Shown in pieces: positions 53,425 through 63,154 of a stretch of DNA of 64,000 bases. Origin of the DNA: a virus; IMG/VR virus record IMGVR_UViG_3300045303_000182, positions 1 through 64,000 of that record. The stretch is one strand, 5' to 3'. Each line of letters opens with the position of its first letter. The first letter of the stretch is position 1. A model generated the notes under the pieces. It saw only the letters and a list, made by a program, of their open reading frames with translations. It was not told the DNA's origin and ran no database searches. Made by a program: the position numbers and the translations under genes.

Positions 53425-53810
53425 AGCGGCTTCCCGACGATCCCGGACCCGTAGATGTAGCCGTGGGCTTCCATCTCGTCCTTCCAGCGCTTGTTCGCTT
53501 CGCGCACATCCTCTGAGAGGGAGCGGAACAGCGCCGAGGGAGGACGCACCTCGTCGCCGTACTCCAGGGCCATCGCCTCGGAGACGCGGTCCTGGTTGTT
53601 GACACCGAGGAACATGTAGCCGTCCTGCGACCAGACCGTGATGTCGTCAGCGAGGTCGGACCATTCGGGCGTCTCACGCGCACGCTCCACGACCCGGTCG
53701 TGGAGGAAGGAGACAGCAGAGGATGCGGCGGCTTCAGTGTCGGCCTGGAGCTTGTCCATGTAGCGAGACAAGCTCGCGAACCACTCCGCGCTGATGCTGA
53801 TCTGCGCCAT
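53421..53810 (-). CDS. Neck/tail-completion-like protein
   Basis: LEYG....PP...R motif; position in the neck region. Confidence 0.55.
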   Translation of the reverse strand: MAQISISAEWFASLSRYMDKLQADTEAAASSAVSFLHDRVVERARETPEWSDLADDITVWSQDGYMFLGVNNQDRVSEAMALEYGDEVRPPSALFRSLSEDVREANKRWKDEMEAHGYIYGSGIVGKPL

Positions 53811-53868
53811 GGACTCCTCGATGCTGTGCTATGGAGGTCATACCCGCTTGGTATGGCCTGGCCGGAGC

Positions 53869-54123
53869 CTAGCTCAGCACGTCGAGCGCAGCGAGTAATC
53901 GCATCACCGCGTCCACCTGATCCCCTCGCAGCGTGATCACCAGATCAGCGTGGCCCTCAGCGTCCTCACCCATCGCCCGCGTCCAGGAGTCGGGACGGAC
54001 CTCGTTGGCAACTTGACGGACGAACTCGACACCCGACTGCATGAGTGCCAACTGGCCGGTGAGGTTGGCGACATCGACACTGATCCGACGTATGGCCCCA
54101 AGGGCAACTGTGCTCTCCATCAC
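53869..54123 (-). CDS. Hypothetical protein
   Basis: Coupled to the upstream gene. Confidence 0.5.
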   Translation of the reverse strand: MMESTVALGAIRRISVDVANLTGQLALMQSGVEFVRQVANEVRPDSWTRAMGEDAEGHADLVITLRGDQVDAVMRLLAALDVLS

Positions 54124-55013
54124 CAGTAACTATTGCCGGCGTAGTTGCGGTCCACGTAGTACACGCTCACGTCGTAGTACTCCGTGCCGTCACACCACAT
54201 GTCCTCGCACCAGAGCATGTAGGTACCGTTGCCGGTCGTGCTCCAGCCAGAGCCTCGAGCTACGAAGCCGCAGGCTTGGCCGTTGCCCCACTCGTAGAGA
54301 GGGAAGTCCCACCAGGCATAGCTGCTGCCGCTGAGAATGGTATGGCCGATGTGGTCGTTGAGCGGACCCCGATCGACGGTCTGAGTGATCAGGTTGACCG
54401 TGCGCTGGTTGTAGGGGGTGACGACGCTCGACTGCGGCGTGGTCATGTTGCGCCAGTGCAAGCCGGTGAGGATGACGCTGCCTGGCACGCCGACCCAGAA
54501 CGGATCGTCCCTGTTGCGCGCGCTGCTGATGTGCTCCGAGCTCCAAGGACGCGACTGCTGCACGGTGCCGTAGTGCCCAAGCTCGGTATGGCCGATCTGC
54601 ACACGCACCGGACCGCACCAGCCACTCTCCAGACCAGCAGCGCTGACGGACTGCACGAAGAACTGGTAGCGCCCGTCCTGGCCGACGCCGAAGTTGCCCC
54701 ACGGTGAGCCACCGACGTTGACCGAGTTGAGCCAGTTGCCGTTGGCGTCGGTCTGAACGAGCCGGTAGTACGCGACAGGAGCGCCACCGGCCGGTGGGCC
54801 AGTGAAGCCGATCGCCACGTTGTTGAAGTCCCAAGCGTGGACCCAAATGCTCTGCGGTGCGAGGGGGAAGCCGCGGTAGCCCGAGTCCTGCCAAGCGCCG
54901 TTGACCTTCTCGTAGATGTAGCTGGCTGTCTGCCATGCCCCGCCCCACCTGATCTTGATCTGACCGTTGTTGCCGGCGCGCCAAGCTCCACCAGACTTGA
55001 TGTAGACGGTCAT
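54120..55013 (-). CDS. Virion fibre/decoration protein with FN3-like domain
   Basis: YIKSGGAW / YEKVNGAW repeats; P...GG.PV..Y...YQFFVQSVSAAG. Confidence 0.7.
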   Translation of the reverse strand: MTVYIKSGGAWRAGNNGQIKIRWGGAWQTASYIYEKVNGAWQDSGYRGFPLAPQSIWVHAWDFNNVAIGFTGPPAGGAPVAYYRLVQTDANGNWLNSVNVGGSPWGNFGVGQDGRYQFFVQSVSAAGLESGWCGPVRVQIGHTELGHYGTVQQSRPWSSEHISSARNRDDPFWVGVPGSVILTGLHWRNMTTPQSSVVTPYNQRTVNLITQTVDRGPLNDHIGHTILSGSSYAWWDFPLYEWGNGQACGFVARGSGWSTTGNGTYMLWCEDMWCDGTEYYDVSVYYVDRNYAGNSYW

Positions 55014-55942
55014 TGGATCATGATCGATCCCTCAGGACAGTTGCCCACGCCAGGGTCGCCCCAAAAGTGCGGAGCGAAGTAGCCAGTGTGAGCACCGTCG
55101 TAGCGGATGTACTGGATGGGGTTGGTGAAGATCCGAGCCTGGGTGTTCGCCAGGATGTCGAGGACTCCACCGCCACCGATGTTGATGCCACCAGTCGTGG
55201 TCTGCACATAGGGACCAGTGCGGTTGACGTGACGCATGATGGCGCTGCCGCTGTCGCCATAGAACGAACCGCTCTGCGAGTCGAACCCGGCCGAGGCCGT
55301 GGCCTTGTTGCCAGAGTGGGCGACACCGCCGATCGTGCCGCTGGTCCCGTTGATCACACCGCCCGTGAGCGTGCCCGACATCGTGATGTTCGGAGCCGTC
55401 AGGGTGCCGCTCATCGAGATGCTGCCCGCCGAGACTGTGCCGGTGGTGACGAAGCCTGCCGCTGATATCGGGATATCGGAGACGAGGTTGGCGGCGTCGG
55501 TGGTGAGCTTGGCCGCTCTGGCACCGGTCTTGATCGAGACCCCGGTGCCGTCCACGGTGAGCACGCCGCCCATCACCAGGATCGGGTTGTCGAGCACCGT
55601 CTGCGTCGGCTGGAACGTGATGCCCTTGCCGCCAGCGTTCTTGTGCGAGATGGCGACACCGGCAGCGGTGTCCTGCAACGAGACGAGGTTCACCCACTGC
55701 GGGATCTGCACCCAGGTGTTCTGCGTCTTGGAGAACGCCTCCAGCCTGTCGCTCGCCTCGTTGTAGGTCGTCATCCCGAACTTCGGGTTCGGGTACTGCG
55801 TCTGACGCGATGCAGTCGTAGCGAAGCGCAGGACCGCGCGCTCCATGATCCACTCGGCGTCGATCTCACGCCAGTAGTTGGAGTAGTCCACCCAGTCGGC
55901 CTTGCCATACCCACCAGCCGGAAGCGGTTCGATGATCGTCAT
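55010..55942 (-). CDS. Tail fibre-like protein
   Basis: VLRFATTASR...P..GM.TY N-terminus; Gly/Thr-rich beta repeats. Confidence 0.7.
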   Translation of the reverse strand: MTIIEPLPAGGYGKADWVDYSNYWREIDAEWIMERAVLRFATTASRQTQYPNPKFGMTTYNEASDRLEAFSKTQNTWVQIPQWVNLVSLQDTAAGVAISHKNAGGKGITFQPTQTVLDNPILVMGGVLTVDGTGVSIKTGARAAKLTTDAANLVSDIPISAAGFVTTGTVSAGSISMSGTLTAPNITMSGTLTGGVINGTSGTIGGVAHSGNKATASAGFDSQSGSFYGDSGSAIMRHVNRTGPYVQTTTGGINIGGGGVLDILANTQARIFTNPIQYIRYDGAHTGYFAPHFWGDPGVGNCPEGSIMIQ

Positions 55943-56463
55943 GGTGTCACCACCTCAGGTGCGGTCCCCGGAGGGAAGTCGAAGTTCATGTCGTCGTCAG
56001 GGAAGCTCTCGATGGCGGTGATGCCGATGATCACGTCCTCGCCCTTGGCGCGGCCGCGGATCTGGTAGGCGCTGATCTCCCAGTAGCGGCCGTCGTAGTA
56101 ACACATGTCGTGCAGCCGGTCCCGCCGCCAGATCTCGCTGGGGCTGGTGTCGTAGACCCGGTTGCCGTGCGTCTCGGTGACGGAGAAGCCAGCCTCGTAC
56201 ATGTTCTTGGCCGAGACGGCGAGGCGCAGACGCTGCGTGGGCCGACGACCCTCAGGGGCGTAGTCCTCGGTGGCCTCCTGCTGATCGACCCACAGGATGG
56301 GGATGACCTTGCCCTTGTGGTACTGGCGGTAGCCCTCGTCGTAAACCCGGTCGTACCTCGAGGCGTCAGCGTCGAAGCGGAAGTAGATCAGCCCCTCACC
56401 GATGGTGCCGTAGTGGCGATCGAAGTGCTTCCAGATCTGGCGAACCTCACGGCGTGTGTCCAT
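55939..56463 (-). CDS. Head-closure/stopper-like neck protein
   Basis: DRVYDEG motif; follows the adaptor-like gene. Confidence 0.55.
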   Translation of the reverse strand: MDTRREVRQIWKHFDRHYGTIGEGLIYFRFDADASRYDRVYDEGYRQYHKGKVIPILWVDQQEATEDYAPEGRRPTQRLRLAVSAKNMYEAGFSVTETHGNRVYDTSPSEIWRRDRLHDMCYYDGRYWEISAYQIRGRAKGEDVIIGITAIESFPDDDMNFDFPPGTAPEVVTP

Positions 56464-56644
56464 CGGACACCCCTTGCCGATCGAGGAGCTCCGGGGCCAT
56501 CTGCATCTTCATCTCGACCTCGCGCTCCTCGGTGAGCGCCCCGCACTCTCCGCACCGCGTCACGTTGGTGTCCTCGTCCCACATGACGTTGGCGTCCTTG
56601 CCCTTGCACCACCCGGTGTGCTCGGTGTGCTGCTCCTTCATCAC
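56447..56644 (-). CDS. Small Cys-containing protein
   Basis: HTGWC...RCGECGA. Confidence 0.55.
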   Translation of the reverse strand: MMKEQHTEHTGWCKGKDANVMWDEDTNVTRCGECGALTEEREVEMKMQMAPELLDRQGVSDGHTP

Positions 56645-57486
56645 GGCACCCCGAGCCAGCCAGGACCGACGGCCGGGTAGCCAGCGCCTGTGCTGCGGCG
56701 AGCGGATGAGCGGTCGTAGATCTCAACGCCATCGATCACTTCGACCGTGCCGTCATCGACCACGCCCATCGTGTAGTCGGGGATGGGCGGGTACAGCCGC
56801 TTGGGCCAGCGCGGATCATCGATCTCACGGTTCTGGTACATCGGCACGTAGCGACCTGTGGTGAGGGCGACGCGGCGCAGCTTGAAGACCTCCAGAGCGC
56901 CGTAGCCGAGGTTCAACGACTGAGCGCGCGTCTGGTACTCGTTCTCCCAGTACTGCATCATCTGCAGCACCTGGGCGTAGCGCTGGTGGGCCGGGATGAA
57001 CATGCCCTCGGGCGTTGACACATCGATGTCGAGCGCTAGCTCGATGCACAGCGACCACAGCAGACGGACGACCGCACCCATCTGAGCAACCTCGGACACA
57101 GCAGGATCGACCTCGCTGAGGTCTTGCCCCGGCGTGGTGTAGAGCACCTCGTCCGAGATGTTCTGGACCGCTCGAGCAACGTCGGAGTCTGAGAACCAGA
57201 TGTAGTGATATCCGGCTACCAGCACCCTCTGACCGATATATGACTCATCGGTCAGCTTGAGGATCCCGTTCCGTTCATCAAGCTGCCACTTGTCGGTGAG
57301 CGCCGGCGTAGTCGGGTCGGCGTCCGGGGTGACGTAGACCTGCAGCGAGCCAGGCGAGACGAGCGGGTGCGGGAGCCGGATCGTCAAGACCTGGACCGGC
57401 CCCTCCTCCACTTCGAAGTACTGCGGGAAGTCGCGGACCAGGGACCGGACCCCACTCGCCATCTCGACATCGACCGCTGTAGCCAT
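56641..57486 (-). CDS. Head-to-tail adaptor-like protein
   Basis: DIDVSTPEG..IP..QRY motif; position in the neck region. Confidence 0.55.
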   Translation of the reverse strand: MATAVDVEMASGVRSLVRDFPQYFEVEEGPVQVLTIRLPHPLVSPGSLQVYVTPDADPTTPALTDKWQLDERNGILKLTDESYIGQRVLVAGYHYIWFSDSDVARAVQNISDEVLYTTPGQDLSEVDPAVSEVAQMGAVVRLLWSLCIELALDIDVSTPEGMFIPAHQRYAQVLQMMQYWENEYQTRAQSLNLGYGALEVFKLRRVALTTGRYVPMYQNREIDDPRWPKRLYPPIPDYTMGVVDDGTVEVIDGVEIYDRSSARRSTGAGYPAVGPGWLGVP

Positions 57487-57495
57487 GCCTCAACC

Positions 57496-57924
57496 TTACG
57501 CTGGGAGCCGCATCCACACCCCGATGGTGGGCGGCTTGTCGTCGGGCGGGACCGCCGGGAGCACAGGCCGGATGATCAGGGTGCCGGTGCGCGCGATGGT
57601 GATCGGAGAGTCATCGGCGTTGGTGTCGATGAAGGCCAGCACGTTGGGGTTGCCGTTGCCCACGTCCTGGGCCACCACGACCTGATACGGAGTGGCAGCA
57701 GACACCTTCTGGAAGGCGACCGGAAGACCCATCGCCTGCCCGTCTTCGAAGTACCGACCCATGATGGGCTGGACGCCACCGCGCTCGCCACCGAGGTCGG
57801 CCACCGTCTTGGCGACGGGGTCGAATGAGACATTGGTGCAGAGCAGAGCAAGGATCGAGTCGTACTGCCAGGTGAGCTTGCCCTGAGCGAAGAGCGCTGC
57901 GACCTGTTCGTAGTTCTGGTTCAT
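57496..57924 (-). CDS. Putative virion structural protein
   Basis: Start MNQNY at 57924; G.LTW..D.I.A.L...LAFIDT. Confidence 0.65.
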   Translation of the reverse strand: MNQNYEQVAALFAQGKLTWQYDSILALLCTNVSFDPVAKTVADLGGERGGVQPIMGRYFEDGQAMGLPVAFQKVSAATPYQVVVAQDVGNGNPNVLAFIDTNADDSPITIARTGTLIIRPVLPAVPPDDKPPTIGVWMRLPA

Positions 57925-57944
57925 AGCTGGGTATCCCTTCCGAT

Positions 57945-60900
57945 CTACACAAGTTCCCACACCAGTTCGTCACCGCAGTACACCCGATCGACGGCCTCGT
58001 CTCCGAGGAATAGTACGTCAGCCTCGTTGAGCGTGGTCCCACGACCGGCAGCGACAGCGAACGCCCGCGCATCCCAGGTGTCCCAGCCCCCGTAGGCGAG
58101 AGCGAAGTGCTCGACGGTTCCGGTGGCGCTGAAGGTCGCCGCGTAGACCGTGAGGATCGACGCCTGGCGCTCGATGGTCGCCAGCGCCGTGGCGGTCCAG
58201 GTGCCCCAGTCCGCAGTGATGAGGCCGGGAACAGCGACGGAGACTTCCGCTGTAGCGATCCACCGGCCCCAGTTGGTGGTGATGGAAGCAGGGTGGTTGA
58301 TGTAGACGACACCGACGGCAGTAGCGCTCCACGCCCCCCAGTTGGTGCTGATCGACGCCGAGGTGGTGATGCCGTGCGCGTCGCCAACAGCGGTCGCCGT
58401 CCACGTCCCCCAGTCCGACGTGATCGTGGCAGCGGTTGCGCGCGTCGCGCTCGCCGTTGCCGTCCAGGCCCATGTCGTCGTGATCGACGCTGGGTGCTCA
58501 ACGGTGGCGCTCGACCCCAGGAACGTCGTGCCCCAGTTGGTGGTGGCAGACGCTGCTACCAGAGGGATGGCTACCGCAGTGGCGTCCCACAGCCCCCAGT
58601 TCGTCGTGATCGTGGCGTCGATCTCCTCGGCCACGACCTGCGCTGTAGCAACGGCCTGCCAGGTGCCCCACGATGTCTCGACGCTGGCGTAGACGGTGTG
58701 AATGGCCTCGGCGCTGGCCGTCCAGGTGCCCCACGACGTGGTGATGCTGGCGTTGCGCTGGATCGGCTGGGCCGTGGCTGTCGCTGTCCAGGTGCCCCAG
58801 TCGCTGACGCTCGTCGCTGGGTGCTCGACCTCGGCCGTGGCTGCCGCCGCCCACGCCCAAACCGTGTCAACGGTCCCATAGTGGGATATCGGCAAGGCGA
58901 CCGCGATCGCGGTCCAGCCTCCCCAGTTGGTGGTGATGAACCCAACCGCCTGGCCCTCTTGGGTGCCGATCGCTGTGGCGCTCCAAGCACCCCAGTTGGT
59001 GGAGATCGAGGCGATGTGCGCGATCGGGTCAGCGATCGCTGTCGCAGCCCACGTACCCCAAAGCGATGTGATAGTGGACGTGTGGCCGACGAGCGCCGTA
59101 GCGGTCGCTGCCCATCCACCCCACAGCGTGTCGATCGACGCCGAATCCTCGACAACGGCTACCGCTGTCGCCGCCCACGTTCCCCAATCGGCCGTACTCG
59201 AGGCTGCGGTCGTTCGGACCGCCGTCGCTGTTGCTGCCCACGACCAGACCTCTGTGGCAGTGGCTGAACGCTCGACAACAGCAATCGCCGTCGTCGTCCA
59301 CCCTCCCCACGGAGAATCAGAGGTAGCACTGGTCTCGCGGACAGCGACGGCATCGGCAACCCAGCCGCCCCAGTTGCTGATGGCCGTGCCGGAAATGACC
59401 GGGAACGCTTCGGCCGTACCGAGCCACCCACCCCAGTAGCTGACGATGGTGGCGGGATGCTCGACCTCAGCAGTCGCTGGCCCGGTCCACCCACCCCAGT
59501 TGGTGGCGACCGATGCGTTGCGCTGGATCGGATCAGCAGTCGCAGTAGCGGTCCAGGTGCCCCACGACGTGACGCTCGTCGCGATGTGCTCCGATATGGC
59601 AGCGGCAGTAGCGGTCCAGGCGTCCCATACCGATGTGACAGTGGCCGGGTGATCAGGAGCCGCGACAGCCGTTGCTGTCCAGGTGCCCCAAGAAGAAGAA
59701 ATGGCACCATCGGTCGATCGAACACTGGTTGCGGTGGCCGTCCATGTGCCCCAACTCGAGGCAGCGTTGGCCGGGTGACTGACCGTGGCAGTGGCGATCC
59801 AGAAGTCACCCCCGCCTGCCGGAACTCCTGCGCCGAGGTACTTGGCCCGCAGGTGATCCTCGACGCTCTTGCGCTGGGCACCCGACAACCGACGGTCGTA
59901 AAGGCACACCTCGGCCACTTCGGCGTCGCACGTCTCCGCAGTGCTCATGTCGTAGCCACTGATGGCGAACGTGTCCGACCAACCGGCAGAGGTCGCCGCC
60001 GTACCGAGGAGCAACCCGTCACCGAAGAAGCGGGTCAGTCCAGTGATCCCGTCAGCCGAGTACATCTTCCATGCGCCCGTCATGGGTGTCTGTGTGTTCG
60101 GGTTGGTGAACCCGGCGTCGTAACACACATCCTCAAAGCCGTTCCAGTACCCGACGAGAAGGTTGGCTGGTGGGTAGATGCCGCTGATGACGCGGCCGAT
60201 CGCACCGCCAGGGATGATCCGCCCGACGTAGACCAGCGTCCAGTCGATGTTGACGCCCGTCCCGCTGCTCATGCGGATCCGGCCCTCGTTGATCTTGAAG
60301 CGCACGCTCGACAGGCCGTTGAGGGTGTTGCCCTGGACAACAGGCTCCGGGGTGCCGATCACCGGGATATCGACGGCACTGCCCTGGTTGGACCACGATG
60401 TGAGCGGCCCGAGTGGAAGCGCGTTGGCTTCTAGCCAGACAGTCAGGCCCGGTATGTCACTGGGAGAGAACGATGGCGCAACGGCGTTCCACACCGTGGT
60501 AACCGACGCCGGGTGCTCGACCCCGGCTGTTGCCGTCGCGACCCAGGCACCCCAGTTGGTGAGGATGACGCTGGAGAGCTCCGGCGTCGCCATCGCTGTC
60601 GCCGTCCAACCTCCCCATGACGTAGCGATCGATGCTGGTGTCGCGCGAACGGCTGTGACAGTGGATGCCCAGGTTCCCCACGACGAGACAGCAGAGGCTG
60701 GGTGCTCGACGGATGCGCTCGCTGTAGCCGACCAGCCGCCCCAGTTCGATGTGATAGTGGCAGGCCAAATGGAAGAGGCTGTCCCCGTCGCTGTTGCTAC
60801 CCATGTGCCCCAGGAGGTAAGTGCTGTAGCCGGGTGCTCCAACGTCGCCGTCGCTGTTGCCGCCCAGGTGCCCCACGACTGAGCGGAGGTCGCTGCAGTA

Positions 60901-61223
60901 GCTCGGACAGCGGTCGCTGTTGCCGCCCACGTTCCCCAGGACTGAGACGAGGTGGCAGCAGTCGCGCGAACAGCCGTGGCTGTCGCCGTCCACGACCATC
61001 TCTCGGTGATGGTGCCAGCGACCGTCGGGATGGCGGCAGCGGTCCAGGGCAGGTATGTCCAGTTGGAAGCAATCGTCGCTGCTCGACCAACCGTGGCGGT
61101 GGCTGTACCAGACCAACCACCCCAGTTGGTGGTGATCGTGGCGACTACTTCAGGCTTCTCCAGAGTGCGCTGAGCGCCACTCTCAAGTGTCCGTTGAACT
61201 CCAGACTCTAGGAAGCGGCTCAC
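57945..61223 (-). CDS. Long Trp-repeat fibre-like protein with inserted LamG-like domain
   Basis: About 40 repeats of A-x-I-x-T-x-W-G-x-W-x-A-x-A-x-A, interrupted by PSDIPGLTVWLEA...VAEVCLYDRRLS...HLRAKY. Confidence 0.85.
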   Translation of the reverse strand: MSRFLESGVQRTLESGAQRTLEKPEVVATITTNWGGWSGTATATVGRAATIASNWTYLPWTAAAIPTVAGTITERWSWTATATAVRATAATSSQSWGTWAATATAVRATAATSAQSWGTWAATATATLEHPATALTSWGTWVATATGTASSIWPATITSNWGGWSATASASVEHPASAVSSWGTWASTVTAVRATPASIATSWGGWTATAMATPELSSVILTNWGAWVATATAGVEHPASVTTVWNAVAPSFSPSDIPGLTVWLEANALPLGPLTSWSNQGSAVDIPVIGTPEPVVQGNTLNGLSSVRFKINEGRIRMSSGTGVNIDWTLVYVGRIIPGGAIGRVISGIYPPANLLVGYWNGFEDVCYDAGFTNPNTQTPMTGAWKMYSADGITGLTRFFGDGLLLGTAATSAGWSDTFAISGYDMSTAETCDAEVAEVCLYDRRLSGAQRKSVEDHLRAKYLGAGVPAGGGDFWIATATVSHPANAASSWGTWTATATSVRSTDGAISSSWGTWTATAVAAPDHPATVTSVWDAWTATAAAISEHIATSVTSWGTWTATATADPIQRNASVATNWGGWTGPATAEVEHPATIVSYWGGWLGTAEAFPVISGTAISNWGGWVADAVAVRETSATSDSPWGGWTTTAIAVVERSATATEVWSWAATATAVRTTAASSTADWGTWAATAVAVVEDSASIDTLWGGWAATATALVGHTSTITSLWGTWAATAIADPIAHIASISTNWGAWSATAIGTQEGQAVGFITTNWGGWTAIAVALPISHYGTVDTVWAWAAAATAEVEHPATSVSDWGTWTATATAQPIQRNASITTSWGTWTASAEAIHTVYASVETSWGTWQAVATAQVVAEEIDATITTNWGLWDATAVAIPLVAASATTNWGTTFLGSSATVEHPASITTTWAWTATASATRATAATITSDWGTWTATAVGDAHGITTSASISTNWGAWSATAVGVVYINHPASITTNWGRWIATAEVSVAVPGLITADWGTWTATALATIERQASILTVYAATFSATGTVEHFALAYGGWDTWDARAFAVAAGRGTTLNEADVLFLGDEAVDRVYCGDELVWELV

Positions 61224-61240
61224 GACACATCATCTCAGGT

Positions 61241-63154
61241 TCACGGCGCAGCGCCGGGTGCCCAGTAGCCCCTGGCCGCAGTCCAGTGCCAGTGAACGAC
61301 GTTCCCAGCGATCGTGGCCGACTGCCCGGATGTCCAGTGCGCTGAGGTGCTGGAGTAGTAGCCGAACAACGAGCAGGCGGTGACCTGTTCGTTGGCCGGG
61401 AGAGCCGAAATCGCAGCGTTGGTGACGACATCACTCGGGTTCACAAGCGTGCCCCCGTTGGAGGGGGCGGCACCGCTCACCCAGGCTGTGCCGTTCCAGT
61501 AGTACTGGTGGATCACTGCCCCGTTGAGCATGTTGTAGAAGCGGAAGTCGGAGTTGCAGACGGTCGTTGTACGGTTGACCCAGGCGCTTCTGAACAGCGG
61601 CACGTAGCCGTAGCCCAGCAGGGCGGCAGCGATGGTGGAGTTGGAAGCCGTCACTCGGGAGTCGATGAAGGTTTGGCCCGGTGTCACTGCATACGTCGCC
61701 GCCTCATGGATCGTCACGGGAGCCGCAAGGATCACCCAAGATGTGCCGTTCCACTGAATGATGGCGTTCCCCATCCAGACGTGCTGATCGGCGGTCCACG
61801 GCGACGACGGGCTTCCCACGAAGTAGCTGTTCATCACGGCGACCTGATCCGCAGCGGCGATCGCACCGCAGTTCGGGTTGGAGCTATTGGGGTTGTAGAG
61901 CGACAGGGTGGTCGGTGCCAGAGCCGTTGGGGTGCCGTACTGAATGTTGGCGCTCCAATGGGAACCATTCCAGAACTGGCTGGCACCCAGGTACTTCATC
62001 CTCTTGTAGGGGGCGGTGTTCGACCTCCAGGCCAGCTTCTCCGAAGCTGCTGCTCGATACCCAGCAGCGGTCAGCCACGTAGCGAAGGTGCCGTCCTGGT
62101 ACCCAATGCCCAGGGCAGGCAGGTCAGATTGATGAATGACATACTGATCATCAGGAAGCAGCGCCGTCTTGACCGGCGTCGGCGGGGCGGTACCGGGTGA
62201 CACACCGTTCATGAAGGTGCCTGTGGTCATCCCGTACATCTGCTGCCCACCGATCGTCGTGTATGACGTTGGTGACCAGACCTCGTAGTTGCCGCTAGCG
62301 CCGACAGTCGCGTACGCCTCAGCAGCCCAGGCCCGTTGTTCCGCTGGCAGCGCTGCAATGCCTGCGTGGGCGAGCGTCTGCGTCATGTAGGCGTAGTTCG
62401 TTGTCGATGCGTACGTCCACCCTCCTGCGCCGGTCCAGAAGAAGCTGTACGTAGTGTTTGCCGTGGGACTCGGGAATCTGACGGCACCAGTGGTGTTGGT
62501 GAACCCAGGCGCTCCAATAGCGGGGTTCATCGTGTAGCCGAGGCCCGTGAGCTTGGCGGCGTTGGTGGCATCACCAGCCGTGATGTTCGGGTCCATTACC
62601 ACCGCGCACCCTGGTGTGAGCGTCTTGTCCCAGGCGTTCCCCAGGTACTCCGGGCCGGTCGAGGCGAACTCCCAGGCGGTGCCGTTCCACCTGACGACGT
62701 GACCAAGAGTGTTGGAGGCGTGACTCACCACGGCGTACTGGCCTGCCGCCCACGCTGTCAGAGGGCTGGCGACGCACAGCTTGTCTAGGTTGGTGATCCT
62801 CCGAGCAAGCGACAGTCGATTCCAGTCGAGATACCAGACGTAGCTGCTACTCGCCCCGCCCGTCGGCGTGAGCGTGGTCCTGGTGTTGCTTGGGGTGAAC
62901 GGCCTCCACTCCGACCCCGACCAGAAGAACGTGCTCCCGGCGTAGGTCATCGTTGTTGTGCTACCGAACCACGCATCAACGAACTGAGGGTCGGGATAGA
63001 ACCCGCAGTAGGTCAGGTAGGGGGCCTGCTGTGACGAGTTGGTGGCGTGCGTCGGCATCAGCGGATCGGCAGCGAACACGTCCTTCGGCCAGACCGCTGC
63101 CTTGCTGGCGACGCGCGACACGATCGCTGATGCTGTGACACCAGCGATGGGCAT
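61241..63154 (-). CDS. Repeat-containing virion decoration/fibre protein
   Basis: Start MPIAGV at 63154 (TGATG overlap); repeated GY...AW..GQ...WNGxxW modules. Confidence 0.75.
   Translation of the reverse strand: MPIAGVTASAIVSRVASKAAVWPKDVFAADPLMPTHATNSSQQAPYLTYCGFYPDPQFVDAWFGSTTTMTYAGSTFFWSGSEWRPFTPSNTRTTLTPTGGASSSYVWYLDWNRLSLARRITNLDKLCVASPLTAWAAGQYAVVSHASNTLGHVVRWNGTAWEFASTGPEYLGNAWDKTLTPGCAVVMDPNITAGDATNAAKLTGLGYTMNPAIGAPGFTNTTGAVRFPSPTANTTYSFFWTGAGGWTYASTTNYAYMTQTLAHAGIAALPAEQRAWAAEAYATVGASGNYEVWSPTSYTTIGGQQMYGMTTGTFMNGVSPGTAPPTPVKTALLPDDQYVIHQSDLPALGIGYQDGTFATWLTAAGYRAAASEKLAWRSNTAPYKRMKYLGASQFWNGSHWSANIQYGTPTALAPTTLSLYNPNSSNPNCGAIAAADQVAVMNSYFVGSPSSPWTADQHVWMGNAIIQWNGTSWVILAAPVTIHEAATYAVTPGQTFIDSRVTASNSTIAAALLGYGYVPLFRSAWVNRTTTVCNSDFRFYNMLNGAVIHQYYWNGTAWVSGAAPSNGGTLVNPSDVVTNAAISALPANEQVTACSLFGYYSSTSAHWTSGQSATIAGNVVHWHWTAARGYWAPGAAP

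Noticed and set aside
57945-61223. ~60-bp periodic repeats as a CRISPR array or DGR template/variable pair
   Set aside because: The repeats are in-frame protein repeats with synonymous divergence; no reverse transcriptase or adenine-specific mismatch pair was seen
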